Of a stretch of 64,000 nt of DNA, positions 10,426 to 20,619 are shown piece after piece. The DNA is from Candidatus Nezhaarchaeales archaeon (GTDB taxonomy: Archaea; Thermoproteota; Methanomethylicia; Nezhaarchaeales; WYZ-LMO8): assembly GCA_038887515.1 (NCBI GenBank), contig JAWAKK010000001.1, positions 256,001-320,000 of the forward strand. Direction: 5' to 3'. The notes below the pieces were generated by a model. It was not told the DNA's origin. It worked only from the letters and a program-made list of their open reading frames with translations, and ran no database searches. A program made the position numbers and the translations under genes. Within the stretch, counting starts at the first letter, position 1, and each line of letters starts with the position of its first letter.

Positions 10426-10480
10426 TTAACGATATCTTATTTTAAGGAATCCATAAAAGTTCTTCTACTAGGTCATGCAT

Positions 10481-11554
10481 TTAAAGTGTCAGAACTTCTC
10501 TTAAAGCTTGAACGAAGAGCTTATTGACGTCTCGAGGACCAACTGTAACTCTTATACAATTCTCCAATAATGGTTTAAGGTCTCTTTCTCTGACGTAGAA
10601 GCCCATGGACTCCAGCCTCTCAATAAGCTCCCTTGAACCTCCAATATTTACTCTGAATAGCACGAAGTTTGCCTTTGAATCGTAGGGTCTTATCCCCTTA
10701 ATAGAAGCAAGCTCTCTGAGGAGGAACTCTCTTTCCCTCTTTACTTCCTCAATGGTCTTTTTCACGACATGCCACTTATCTAAGACGATTTCCACAACCT
10801 CTTGTGCCAACGAATTTACCGAATATGGCGACTGAAGTCTGTTAATGAAGCTATGTACTTCCTCGCTGACAACTGCGTATCCTATCCTAAGGCCAGCGAG
10901 TCCAGCGACCTTGGAGAAAGACCTTAATACTACTACGTTCTCGTACTTCAGCGGCAGATCCCACAGACTAAAGTCTCCAAAGTCAGCGTAGGCCTCATCG
11001 ATTACTAGGATACCATCGAACTCCTCAGCTAAAGTCTCTAACAGCTCTCTTGGATACTGCTTGCCAGTAGGGTTATTCGGTGAAGCTAGGAAGATAGCTT
11101 TCGCCCCCCTAGAAACTTCGAGCAATTTATCGGCGCTTATTGAGAAGTCGCTATTCACGTAGAAGCTATCGACTACACCTCCTAAAGCCTCTACGTAGAA
11201 CCTATACATCTCGAACGTCGGCTCCACTATCAACGCCCTCCCTTGGCCTACAAAACACTTGGCTACAAGGTCTATGATGGCATCACTGCCATTGTCTACT
11301 ATAACGTTCCTCTTTGAAACTCCTAGAAACTTAGCTATTGCCTCAACAGCCTTAGATGCGTACGCCGGTGGGTAGAGCCTAACATCAACTCTTTCGAGGG
11401 CCTCCTTGACTAAGCTCCTAATCCAATCTTCATCTAATATCAAGTTCTCGTTAGCATCGAGCTTATACGCTTTAGTTTTTCGAAGAGCTCTCTCCCTGAC
11501 TTCGTATTTAAGTAGCTTCTTCACGTAAGGGTTAACGTAAGACTCGATCTTCAA
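10481..11554 (-). CDS. hisC: Histidinol-phosphate aminotransferase
   Basis: LDANEN, SPNNPTG, DEAYADF and RSFSKVAGLAGLRIGY motifs. Confidence 0.95.
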   Translation of the reverse strand: MKIESYVNPYVKKLLKYEVRERALRKTKAYKLDANENLILDEDWIRSLVKEALERVDVRLYPPAYASKAVEAIAKFLGVSKRNVIVDNGSDAIIDLVAKCFVGQGRALIVEPTFEMYRFYVEALGGVVDSFYVNSDFSISADKLLEVSRGAKAIFLASPNNPTGKQYPRELLETLAEEFDGILVIDEAYADFGDFSLWDLPLKYENVVVLRSFSKVAGLAGLRIGYAVVSEEVHSFINRLQSPYSVNSLAQEVVEIVLDKWHVVKKTIEEVKREREFLLRELASIKGIRPYDSKANFVLFRVNIGGSRELIERLESMGFYVRERDLKPLLENCIRVTVGPRDVNKLFVQALREVLTL

Positions 11555-12822
11555 TCAACTATTCTCCTCCTTAACGCTTCGGCGTGAAACTTAAAGCCCT
11601 CGATTTCGGCCAACCTTATTGCAGCCCAGTATACTTCCTTGTTAACCTCATATACTTCAACATAATGCATAAGCTTCATGAAGGTCAGCGTCGAGATCCC
11701 GCTCCTAAACCTAGAGCATCCACCTGTAGGTAAAACGTGGCTTGGGCCAGCGCAGTAATCGCTTAAAGCCGTTGGGGCCTGAGGTCCGACGAGCAGGACT
11801 CCAGTAGACCTTATTTCATGAACGAACTCTTCCGGATTTAGAACCATTAATTGGAGGTGCTCAGGAGCATACGCGTTAGCAAACTCTATTAAGCTCATAG
11901 GGTCCCCGTAAACTGCGATGAAGTGCTTTTCGAGTACTTCATTTACTACGGGGCTCTCTGACGCTATAAGTTTAAGCTCCTCTACCACTTTCTCTATGAT
12001 CCTTAAACTTGTTGTTGCAAGCGCTATTTGAGCTAGTGGATCGTGCTCGGCCTGAGACGCTAAGTCCAAAGCTACTAACTTTGGATCAACACTCTCATCT
12101 GCTATTACCAGTAGTTCACTAGGACCTGCCAGCACATCTATCCCAACAACGTTACTTACAAGGTACTTAGCGGCCGTTACGTAAATGTTGCCTGGTCCAG
12201 CTATGACATCAACCTTCTTAATACTCTCCGTTCCATACGCCATGGCAGCTATGGCTTGAGCTCCACCGGCCTTGTAGATTTCGTCAACTCCAACTTCGTT
12301 AAGTGCTACCAATATGTAAGGGTTAAGCCTTCCATTGGCTTTTGGAGGGGAGCAAGCTACGACTTTCTTTACTCCAGCGACCTTTGCAGGGACGCCAGTC
12401 ATGACTGCTGACGACGGATAAGGGGCCCGTCCACCGGGGATGTATAGGCCAGCTACGTCGACTGGCCTTGGTAATACACCGACTTTTATTCCTTTCTTTA
12501 CTTCCTTAGTCCAAGGGCTTGGTCTCTCTTCTTCGTGAAACCTCTTGACTACGTCGATGGCAACCTTCAAAGCTTCTACGAACTCCTCACTAACGTAGGA
12601 GTAGGCTTCCTCGACTTCACTCCTTGAAACCTTAATTTCATAGTCGCAAGATATATTAGAGAACTTTTTGTCAAATCCCTTGACCGCCTTATCCCCTTCT
12701 TCTCGGACGGCCCTTAATATCGGCTTGACGGCTTCTACCGCCTCTTCAAACTTTTCAGCTCCTCTCCTAGAGACCTCTTTCAAGGCCTCCTCCATGCTTT
12801 CATGCAAGTTGAATATCCTCAA
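11551..12822 (-). CDS. hisD: Histidinol dehydrogenase
   Basis: YIPGG, GPGNIYV, AGPSE, SQAEH, YAPEHL and HVLPT motifs. Confidence 0.97.
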   Translation of the reverse strand: MRIFNLHESMEEALKEVSRRGAEKFEEAVEAVKPILRAVREEGDKAVKGFDKKFSNISCDYEIKVSRSEVEEAYSYVSEEFVEALKVAIDVVKRFHEEERPSPWTKEVKKGIKVGVLPRPVDVAGLYIPGGRAPYPSSAVMTGVPAKVAGVKKVVACSPPKANGRLNPYILVALNEVGVDEIYKAGGAQAIAAMAYGTESIKKVDVIAGPGNIYVTAAKYLVSNVVGIDVLAGPSELLVIADESVDPKLVALDLASQAEHDPLAQIALATTSLRIIEKVVEELKLIASESPVVNEVLEKHFIAVYGDPMSLIEFANAYAPEHLQLMVLNPEEFVHEIRSTGVLLVGPQAPTALSDYCAGPSHVLPTGGCSRFRSGISTLTFMKLMHYVEVYEVNKEVYWAAIRLAEIEGFKFHAEALRRRIVD

Positions 12823-13442
12823 CTTGATCCCCTCATCACATTTAATAACCTAGTTATTTCGTTTTCTCTTGCCCTAAACGAAACTTTATTGCATATGAGC
12901 CTTGCTGTAGACTCAAGAATCGTAGCTATTTCCTTGAGACCGTTCTCCTTCAACGTTGTGCCGGTCGTAGATAGGTCAACTATGGCATCTGCTAAGCCGA
13001 GTTTCGGGGCTATCTCGACAGCTCCTTCTACTTCAACAACCTTTACGCTTAGTCCTAAGCCCTCAAAGTATCTATTCGTTATGCGTGGAAAACTAGTAGC
13101 TATCCTGGAGCCTTGAGGTACCTCGTACACGTTGTTTATGTTCGAGTCTTCAGGTACTGCAACCACCATCTTGCACCATCCAAAACCCAAATCCATGAGT
13201 TCGTAGACGTCGACCTCTTTTTCTAAGACTAAGTCGTGACCTGTAATGCCTAGATCTACTGCCCCAAAGTGGACGTAGACAGGTATGTCGGCCGCTCTTG
13301 CAAAAATGACTTGGAGGTCGTTGACTCTCACGCTATAGGACCTAGAACCCTCTTCAACCTTAAAGCCAATCCTTCTTAATAGTTCAAGAGATGGTTTGTG
13401 GAGTCTCCCCTTGTTGGGGATCGCTATTCTAAGTAACCTCAC
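12819..13442 (-). CDS. hisG: ATP phosphoribosyltransferase, short form
   Basis: IAIPNKGRL, DLGITG and DAIVDLSTTGTTL motifs; 207 aa with no C-terminal regulatory domain. Confidence 0.95.
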   Translation of the reverse strand: MRLLRIAIPNKGRLHKPSLELLRRIGFKVEEGSRSYSVRVNDLQVIFARAADIPVYVHFGAVDLGITGHDLVLEKEVDVYELMDLGFGWCKMVVAVPEDSNINNVYEVPQGSRIATSFPRITNRYFEGLGLSVKVVEVEGAVEIAPKLGLADAIVDLSTTGTTLKENGLKEIATILESTARLICNKVSFRARENEITRLLNVMRGSS

Positions 13443-13443
13443 T

Positions 13444-14629
13444 TTACTCCACCACTTCTAAGTTCGCTCCAATCCTTTCAGCCCTAGCTTGGGCCCCCTT
13501 GATATCGCCTACTGGATGGAGTTCGACTATAACTCCCTGGCCTCTAAGACTTCGTGCTCTTGCCATCGCTTTGCCGTAACTCTTAAGGTTTGCCGGGACT
13601 ATTATAACGCTCTTCCTTTTACTAATCCTTTGAATTATCGAGTCTACGCCTATTGCTTCAACTAAATAGTCGACTACTAGTGCAAAGCCTGTTGCCGGGA
13701 CCTCCTTACCTGTAAACGTAGCTATCAGATCGTCGTATCTACCTCCTCCACCTAAAGCTCTCCCGAACGTGGGAGTATAAGGTTCGAAGATTATACCAGT
13801 ATAGTAGTCAAATCCCCTAATGAGACTTAAATCTAAGGTAACTTTATCTTGAACTCCGTTGTATTTCAATAGTTCAAACAGTAATAAGATCTCGTTGGCT
13901 TGCCTAACAAGTTGATCGTCACTTAATATACACAAAACCTCGTCAAGCACCCCTAGACCCCTACGATCGCATATAGCTTCAAAGACCTTCATAACCTCAG
14001 CTCGACAGCCCACCCTCCTAAGCAATCCTTTTAGACCGGTCGAATCCTTCATCGATACGAGGTTCTTGACCATCTCGCTTTCTTCAACATTAAGATCGGC
14101 AAGGGATAATAGCCTCTTAAATATCCCCGCGTGGCCTATATCTATCTTAACCTCCTTCAAGCCCAGCTCGTTGAGGGACGATATCATAAGTGATATGACT
14201 TCAGCGTCGGCATCAACTCCTCTGTAACCTATTAGCTCAACTCCAGCTTGCCAGAACTCTCGGGGATAACTCCGAAATCCCTCCTTAAACCTTACGACGT
14301 TACTTATGTAGCATAACCTTAGAGGCATGAGCTCTCCAATCATCTTAGAGCAGACGAGTCTAGCTACTGGTGCGGTCATCTCAGCCCTAAATGCTACAAG
14401 CTTGCCGTCGTCATCTTGAGCCTTAAACATCGAATGTACTAAGTCCTTACCAACTTTCTTGGATAGAACGTCTAGGTACTCAAAAATTGGAGTCCTAACT
14501 TCTCTATAACCCCACAAGGTGAAGATTTCGAGGAGCTTAGACTCGACATACCTAAAAGCTTCACTGAGTGGAGGGATTAAGTCTCTAGTACCTCTTGGTG
14601 TCTGAGTGAACTGGAGCCCCCCTAACCAT
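13444..14629 (-). CDS. hisZ: ATP phosphoribosyltransferase regulatory subunit (HisRS-like); start region apparently frameshifted
   Basis: The frame extends upstream of 14517 through QTPRGTRD. REFWQAGVELIG, DYYTG and GGGGRYD motifs. ATG at 14629 is in frame only if the G6 run at 14617-14622 were G5. Confidence 0.88.
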
Positions 14630-14807
14630 TAGCTAAACCCTCCGACAAGCTAGCGGGCTTGGAGCTATTAAACCTTACTATAAGGGCCTCAATAAAAGCT
14701 TTGCAAAAGACAGGTCTCCATACTATCGAGACCTAAGGATTCAACATGCTTAGCCTAAACTATGTGCTAAAAGCTCAGATTATGCTTATGACCCTCTCGA
14801 AGTCATG

Positions 14808-14870
14808 GTACGAAATGTGTAAATTTGTCTATATTTTTCGTACTTTCTTTTCCGAAAAATTTAAATTTTT
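14808..14870 (+). promoter_or_regulatory. Inverted repeat GTACGAAA-N20-TTTCGTAC followed by BRE/TATA-like CGAAAAATTTAAAT
   Basis: Arms at 14808-14815 and 14836-14843; TATA about 30 nt before ATG 14897, consistent with a leaderless transcript. Confidence 0.5.
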
Positions 14871-14896
14871 GTTCTCAGCTCATTTAGCGATTCGGC

Positions 14897-16288
14897 ATGT
14901 CCATAACGAAAGTCTTACTGGTCGACACTACTCTTAGGGAGGGCGAGCAGACTCCAGGCGTAAACTTCACGGTCGACGAGAAGCTCGAGATAGCTAGAGC
15001 TTTAGATAGTATTGGTGTTCACATGATTGAAGCCGGCGATCCCAACGTCTCTGAAGACGTATATCGAGCCGTCAAACTGATAGCTCAAGAGGGACTCTCC
15101 GCCGACATCATAGCCCATTGTAGGGCTAGCATAAAGGACGTAGAGAAAGCTATTTCATGTGACGTCGATAGGGTCGCAATATTTCTAGGAGTTACAGATA
15201 CTAAGCTTAAGTCTATGAAGTTATCTGAAGACGAAGCTGTCGAGAAGGTCGTAAACGCGATAGAGTACGCTAAGAGCCACGGGGTTAAGGTTAGGTTCAC
15301 GGCTGAGGATGGCATGAGGGCTCGATACGACTTCTTAGTTAGGATATGTATCGAAGCTGTCCAAGCAGGCGCTGATAGGATAAGCCTACCAGATACTGTC
15401 GGAGTAATGACTCCTGGGAAGACTAAGGAATTTTTTGAGAGAATAAGCAGAGACGTTAGGAATGTAGAGTTCGACTGCCACTGCCATAACGATCTCGGCA
15501 TGGCAGTTGCAAATGCGCTATCTGCCCTTGAAGGGGGAGCCACAGGAGTCCACGTTACTGTTAATGGGATAGGCGAGAGGGCTGGCATTACTAGTCTTGA
15601 GACAATAGCAGTCGCCTTAAAGGTTCTCTATGGCATGGAGGTCGTAAAATTGGACAGGCTCTCGTGGATTTCAGCCCTAGTTGAAAGACTTAGTGGTGTA
15701 GTCGTTCCACCAAACGCACCGGTAGTTGGTGAAAATGCCTTTTCTCATAAGGGAGGAGTCCACATAGCGGCAGTATTGTACGATCCTTCGACGTATGAAG
15801 CCTTCCCGCCTGAACTTGTTGGTAGGAAGAGGGAGATAGTTGTAAGTAAGTACGCAGGGAAGCATGCTGTTAAAGCTAGGCTTGAGGCTCTAGGTATTCA
15901 GCTTAGCGATGAGCATGTCGAAAAGATGATTCAATTGATAAAGAGCAGGAACGACGTTAGAACTTATAGAGATGCTGACCTTATAGAGTTGGCTGAGAAA
16001 GTTACTGGAATTAAGTTGACTCCGGACGTTCCCTCTATGGTGGAGGCTATAATACTTGTTAAATGCGAACCCAACGTCTACACGACCTCAATAGCTAGGA
16101 GAATAGCATCGATGAGAGAAGTAGTTGAAGTATATGAAATAAGCGGTGAGTACGACATTCAAATTAGGATCTCGACGTCCTCTATTTCCGAGCTGAACGA
16201 CTGTCTTGAGAAGATAAGAGGAATAAAGGGTGTTAGTAGCACGTACACACACTTAGTACTCAAGTCTTTAAGGCCCCTGCAGCGATGA
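14897..16288 (+). CDS. Homocitrate synthase with C-terminal Lrp/AsnC (RAM) regulatory domain
   Basis: DTTLREGEQ, HCHNDLG and FSHKGGVH motifs; C-terminal EVYEISGEYDI RAM motif as in Sulfolobus-type HCS. Confidence 0.85.
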   Translation: MSITKVLLVDTTLREGEQTPGVNFTVDEKLEIARALDSIGVHMIEAGDPNVSEDVYRAVKLIAQEGLSADIIAHCRASIKDVEKAISCDVDRVAIFLGVTDTKLKSMKLSEDEAVEKVVNAIEYAKSHGVKVRFTAEDGMRARYDFLVRICIEAVQAGADRISLPDTVGVMTPGKTKEFFERISRDVRNVEFDCHCHNDLGMAVANALSALEGGATGVHVTVNGIGERAGITSLETIAVALKVLYGMEVVKLDRLSWISALVERLSGVVVPPNAPVVGENAFSHKGGVHIAAVLYDPSTYEAFPPELVGRKREIVVSKYAGKHAVKARLEALGIQLSDEHVEKMIQLIKSRNDVRTYRDADLIELAEKVTGIKLTPDVPSMVEAIILVKCEPNVYTTSIARRIASMREVVEVYEISGEYDIQIRISTSSISELNDCLEKIRGIKGVSSTYTHLVLKSLRPLQR

Positions 16289-16352
16289 GGATAGCAAATA
16301 ATTAAGGCGGGCTACACGTGTTAGAAGGGAATAGGTAAACGGTGAATGGTAC

Positions 16353-17939
16353 TTGCCAATAGATAAGATACCGTTCGTAAGTGACTATGTAAAAAAAGTA
16401 GCTTGTACGCTTAAGATAGGTGAAGTTAGAATTTTCGACACTACTCTTAGGGAGGGCGAGCAGACTCCAGGCGTAGTCTTTAGAATTGATGAGAAGCTCG
16501 AGATAGCTAAGCAACTAGACAAGCTGGGTGTAGACACTATCGAGGCTGGCTTTCCTGCGAGTTCGGATGAAGAATTTAAGGCTGTTAAAAGCATAGCCGA
16601 CCTCGGCCTTAAAGCCGAGATATGCGCTCTAGCTAGAACTCTGAAGTCCGATGTGGACCAAGCCTTAAAGGCTGACGTTGACGCAATACATACTTTCATA
16701 GGGACCTCCGAGTGGCACATAAAGTACAAGCTCAAGACCAGTCCAGAACAAGTCATAAAGATGGCTGTTGAAGCCGTCGACTACATAAAAGATCACGGTG
16801 TTATATGTGAATTCTCATGTGAAGACGCTACGAGAACAGACTTGAACTTCTTAATAAAGATGTACAAAGCGGTAGTGGACGCTGGTGTAGATAGAATAAA
16901 CGTTCCAGACACCGTCGGCGTGATGTCGCCTGAAGCAATGAAATACTTAATAGAGACGTTAAAGGAAAATATAAAGGTCCCAATATCGGTTCACTGTCAT
17001 AACGACCTTGGCATGGCCAATGCTAATGCTCTTGCAGCAATCGTAGCTGGGGCGACCCAAGTCCACGTTACTGTCAACGGCTTAGGCGAGAGGGCTGGTC
17101 ACGCTTCTCTAGAAGTCGTCGTCGTCGCGCTTGAGGCTCTCTACGGCGTTAAGACAAAGATAAAGAAGGAGTACTTAACGGAGACATGTAGACTCGTTGA
17201 GAAGTACAGCTTAGTGTACAATCCACCTAATTACCCCATAGTTGGTAAGAACGCTTTTGCGCATAGATCTGGTATTCATGTTCACGGCGTGATAGAAGAG
17301 CCCATAACGTATGAGCCATTTCCGCCGGAGTACGTTGGACAAACTAGAAGGATCGTCTTTGGGAAGCATAGTGGCAAGCACGGCATCAAGGCCCTCTTAG
17401 AGCAATACGGTATTCAGGCAGCTGAAGAGCAGCTAGCTAAGATAGCTGAGAAGGTTAGGGAGCTGGGTGAAAAGAAAAAGGCCGTTATGGAGGAAGACGT
17501 AGTTGCGATAGCTGAGGCGGTCGTGGGGGGTATACCTGAGCTGGAGAAGCCAGTTGTACTCAAAGAGCTCGTTGTAGTGACCGGAAACACTATAACACCG
17601 ACTTCGTCAGTCATGCTAAAGGTCTTCGACAAAGAGTTAAGGGCTGCAGCTATAGGTGTAGGCCCGGTAGATGCTTCAGCTAAGGCTATTGAGAGGGCGC
17701 TTGGCTCTTTGGGCCAATACACCTTAAGCGAATTCAAGTTGGAAGCGATAAGCGGCGGTACTGATAGTCTAGCAAGTGTAGAAATAGCTATAAGGGACCC
17801 CGAGGGGTCTACCTTCAAGGCTAAGGCTGTTGATAAAGACATAGTTATAGCGTCCGTTACAGCCTTGGTTGATGCCATAAACAAGGCTCTTATATTCAAG
17901 AAGGTAAAGGAGAAACGCAGCACAAAAGAGGGACTATAA
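16353..17939 (+). CDS. 2-isopropylmalate/citramalate synthase family (DRE-TIM) with LeuA allosteric domain
   Basis: DTTLREGEQ, IEAGFP, HCHNDLG, GKHSGKH, GVGPVDA and AISGGTDSL motifs. Confidence 0.85.
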   Translation: MPIDKIPFVSDYVKKVACTLKIGEVRIFDTTLREGEQTPGVVFRIDEKLEIAKQLDKLGVDTIEAGFPASSDEEFKAVKSIADLGLKAEICALARTLKSDVDQALKADVDAIHTFIGTSEWHIKYKLKTSPEQVIKMAVEAVDYIKDHGVICEFSCEDATRTDLNFLIKMYKAVVDAGVDRINVPDTVGVMSPEAMKYLIETLKENIKVPISVHCHNDLGMANANALAAIVAGATQVHVTVNGLGERAGHASLEVVVVALEALYGVKTKIKKEYLTETCRLVEKYSLVYNPPNYPIVGKNAFAHRSGIHVHGVIEEPITYEPFPPEYVGQTRRIVFGKHSGKHGIKALLEQYGIQAAEEQLAKIAEKVRELGEKKKAVMEEDVVAIAEAVVGGIPELEKPVVLKELVVVTGNTITPTSSVMLKVFDKELRAAAIGVGPVDASAKAIERALGSLGQYTLSEFKLEAISGGTDSLASVEIAIRDPEGSTFKAKAVDKDIVIASVTALVDAINKALIFKKVKEKRSTKEGL

Positions 17940-17944
17940 GTAAC

Positions 17945-18916
17945 ATGCCTTCAATGCTAGACTTACTGGCAATAATATGGGCTAAGCTAAGAGGCAAAAA
18001 AGTCTGTCTAAGCCACTCAAGCGATGCTGACGGGATTGTCTGTGCAGCTTTATTCCTTAGACGAATCCAAAGTGACGGTCTTGTGGTCCTAGCAGAGCCG
18101 TACGAAATACAAGGTGGCAGCTGGCTCAACTTCTTTAAGTGGGATTACGTGTTAGATTTGCCCTGCCCCCCAAAGGCTACAATCTTTATAGATCACCATA
18201 AAACGAATAAGCCTAGCCCCACGGTTAAAGAGGTCTTTCATGATCCGACGTCGCCTTCAGCGGCAGCTTTAGCCATTAAGGCTTTTAAGCTGGAGAGCGA
18301 CCCAGTAGCTTTAAGGCTTGTCGAGTTAGCTAATGAATGCGACACAGCTAACATAGTGAGCAACGAAGCTTGGGACCTCAATGATGCTGTCAAGGGAAGT
18401 CCGAGGAATAGGAGAGTTAAGCTAACGATACTTCTAAGTAGGTTCGGTTTAGAGGCCCTCAAACTTCCTGAAGTTCAAATTTGGATTGCCAAAAATAGAG
18501 AGAGAAGGGAGAGGACAAAGCAACTAGCCGAAAAAATACCTATTGAGGACAAGGTCTTCATAGAGTTGAAGGGCGAAGAGGACATTTCGCCGAGGAACCT
18601 TATGATAACGCTTGAAAAGATGGGGGCAAAGGTTACATGTGTCATCACTCCTAGAGAGGACAAATATAAGATACACTTAGGTTCTAGGGAGGACTCTGAC
18701 GTTGATTGTTCAAAGATCGCGTTGAAGATGGGTGGCGGAGGCCATAAACATGCTGCTGGAGCGACCGTCGGCGATGTAAAAAAGGCCATCAAGATAATAG
18801 CTAAAAAACTTGGCCTTAAGAAGATAAAAGTCTACGTTGTGGAAGGATCCAATGTTGTGGGTATTAAAGTGTTTAAAGTCAAAAGGCACCGAAGAAAGGG
18901 GGTAAACAATCGTTAG
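17945..18916 (+). CDS. DHH/DHHA1 family phosphoesterase
   Basis: HSSDADG, IDHH and GGGGHKHAAG motifs. Confidence 0.85.
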   Translation: MPSMLDLLAIIWAKLRGKKVCLSHSSDADGIVCAALFLRRIQSDGLVVLAEPYEIQGGSWLNFFKWDYVLDLPCPPKATIFIDHHKTNKPSPTVKEVFHDPTSPSAAALAIKAFKLESDPVALRLVELANECDTANIVSNEAWDLNDAVKGSPRNRRVKLTILLSRFGLEALKLPEVQIWIAKNRERRERTKQLAEKIPIEDKVFIELKGEEDISPRNLMITLEKMGAKVTCVITPREDKYKIHLGSREDSDVDCSKIALKMGGGGHKHAAGATVGDVKKAIKIIAKKLGLKKIKVYVVEGSNVVGIKVFKVKRHRRKGVNNR

Positions 18917-19312
18917 TTGGAGACTAAGGATCCAGAAGCTAGGGCTAGTTTAAATAACTCGTCTCTAAATTTAATGCAGGAGAACCTATCGGATGTGATA
19001 CATTTGCCTTACCTACCCATTCCGAGAAGGACACCATTAGTACCCGAAGAATTGTCGCAACAAAGAGCCTTTGGTCCAGACGAGCCCGATGACCTAGAAG
19101 AACTGATTCAAACAATAGCTTCAAGTCAGGGGTTTGACGCCATAATGGGGGTCATAGATTCGCTTATCTCAACGATAGAACGTCAGGAAATCATAATATG
19201 GAGTTTAGCTAAGTTGCTTGAAGAAAAGGGTCTCATAAACAGAGAGGAACTCTTAAAGAAGATAGAAGAATTTAACAAGAAGAAAGCTATATATAGAGTC
19301 GATACAGACTAA
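18917..19312 (+). CDS. Hypothetical protein
   Basis: ORF abutting the DHH gene; LLEEKGLINREE helical C-terminus; start may be ATG 18974. Confidence 0.6.
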   Translation: METKDPEARASLNNSSLNLMQENLSDVIHLPYLPIPRRTPLVPEELSQQRAFGPDEPDDLEELIQTIASSQGFDAIMGVIDSLISTIERQEIIIWSLAKLLEEKGLINREELLKKIEEFNKKKAIYRVDTD

Positions 19313-19666
19313 CTTCATTTTATGGTATTAGTTCGTCGGACAAGCATAATTGATGCTGTCCTAAGCCCTTTTCTTCCATATAGTAGGGCTACAAACGCAA
19401 AGCTTCGTTGTAAGCTATAACAGAAACCATTAAAGATAATCGCAATTATGTTAGAGAGCTCTGCGTAGCCTATCCTCCACCAAAAAATCGGTCCCCAAGG
19501 TACTTAATGCTGTAACCGCTCATGAAGTTGAGGGCATTGACATCAGCTTGGGTTTAACAAGTTTGACAAGCCTGTCTGGATCATTTAAAATATGAATAGT
19601 ATTGCAATTCATTATCGACGCTTACTTTCTACAATCAATTTACGTTTTTAGAATATTCGCGAGCCG

Positions 19667-20443
19667 TCATCTCTGGCAGATCTCACACACGAAAGTCCTT
19701 CTATTTATAGGCTTTTGCACGTAGAATTTAATGGGGTGCCCGCAAACTAAACAAAGCCCTCTAGACCTATTGTAGACGTAGAGGATTTCTCTCAACCCCC
19801 TCCCCTGCAGTTTAAGTTCCAAGAATTTTTCGCTCAATTCTTTTGCGATGCGAATTATTCTGTAAATTTCGTCTTGCGAAAGATTGCTCACCATCCTCTC
19901 AGGGTTAATATTCGCCCTGAAAAGGATCTCGTTCCTCAAGATGTTTCCTATCCCAGCCATAACCGATTGGTTGAGTAATACGACTCCTATCTTCTCGTTT
20001 CGATACTTTCTGATGTTCTCGTACACTTGCTCTTCACTCCAATCATTGCTCAGCGGATCAGGACCCAATTCCAGCTTTAATCGTTCTAATATGTGATTTC
20101 CTCTCCCTAGCTCAACGATTGGTGCGTTGTAGACTACAAGTTTCCTATGATGTCCAGTAAGCATCAACCTGACTCTATCCATGGGCTTAAGGAGCGACTC
20201 GCCCAATTCATAGACGTATATTGAGCCAAACATCATTAAATGAAGTCTCGCGACCATGTCACCATCAAACATGAGTATAATGTTCTTGCCGAACGAATCC
20301 GCTTTAACGAACTTTCTTCCAATAAGCTCCTCAATAGAGATGAAGATCTTCTTAGACCTTACAAAAACCTCTCTGATGTATTCACCTCCAAATTTGTTAC
20401 AGATCTTAATGGCATAGGCTCTAGCTGTGGGACCCTCAACCAC
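19667..20443 (-). CDS. nei: Fpg/Nei family DNA glycosylase (endonuclease VIII-like)
   Basis: MVEGP N-terminus, GKNI, HLMMFG, LGPDPL, H2TH motif LLNQSVMAGIGNILRNEILF, zinc finger CLVC...CEICQ. Confidence 0.9.
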   Translation of the reverse strand: MVEGPTARAYAIKICNKFGGEYIREVFVRSKKIFISIEELIGRKFVKADSFGKNIILMFDGDMVARLHLMMFGSIYVYELGESLLKPMDRVRLMLTGHHRKLVVYNAPIVELGRGNHILERLKLELGPDPLSNDWSEEQVYENIRKYRNEKIGVVLLNQSVMAGIGNILRNEILFRANINPERMVSNLSQDEIYRIIRIAKELSEKFLELKLQGRGLREILYVYNRSRGLCLVCGHPIKFYVQKPINRRTFVCEICQR

Positions 20444-20619
20444 ATCTAGTAGATTACTTCGTTCTCGAACTTAAAACTTGAAGTCTCTAACAAACGAAGC
20501 ATCACGAGACCTACATCGATTTATGTTCAAGACATTAAACTTCTTGACTAAAATTTAAGTAGTCTAGATAAATTTAAACATAAAAAACATAAGATTTTAT
20601 GTCTAATCGGTTTCTGATG

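Noticed and set aside
13444-14629. Histidyl-tRNA synthetase call
   Set aside because: Adjacency to short HisG and a degenerate anticodon domain indicate HisZ.
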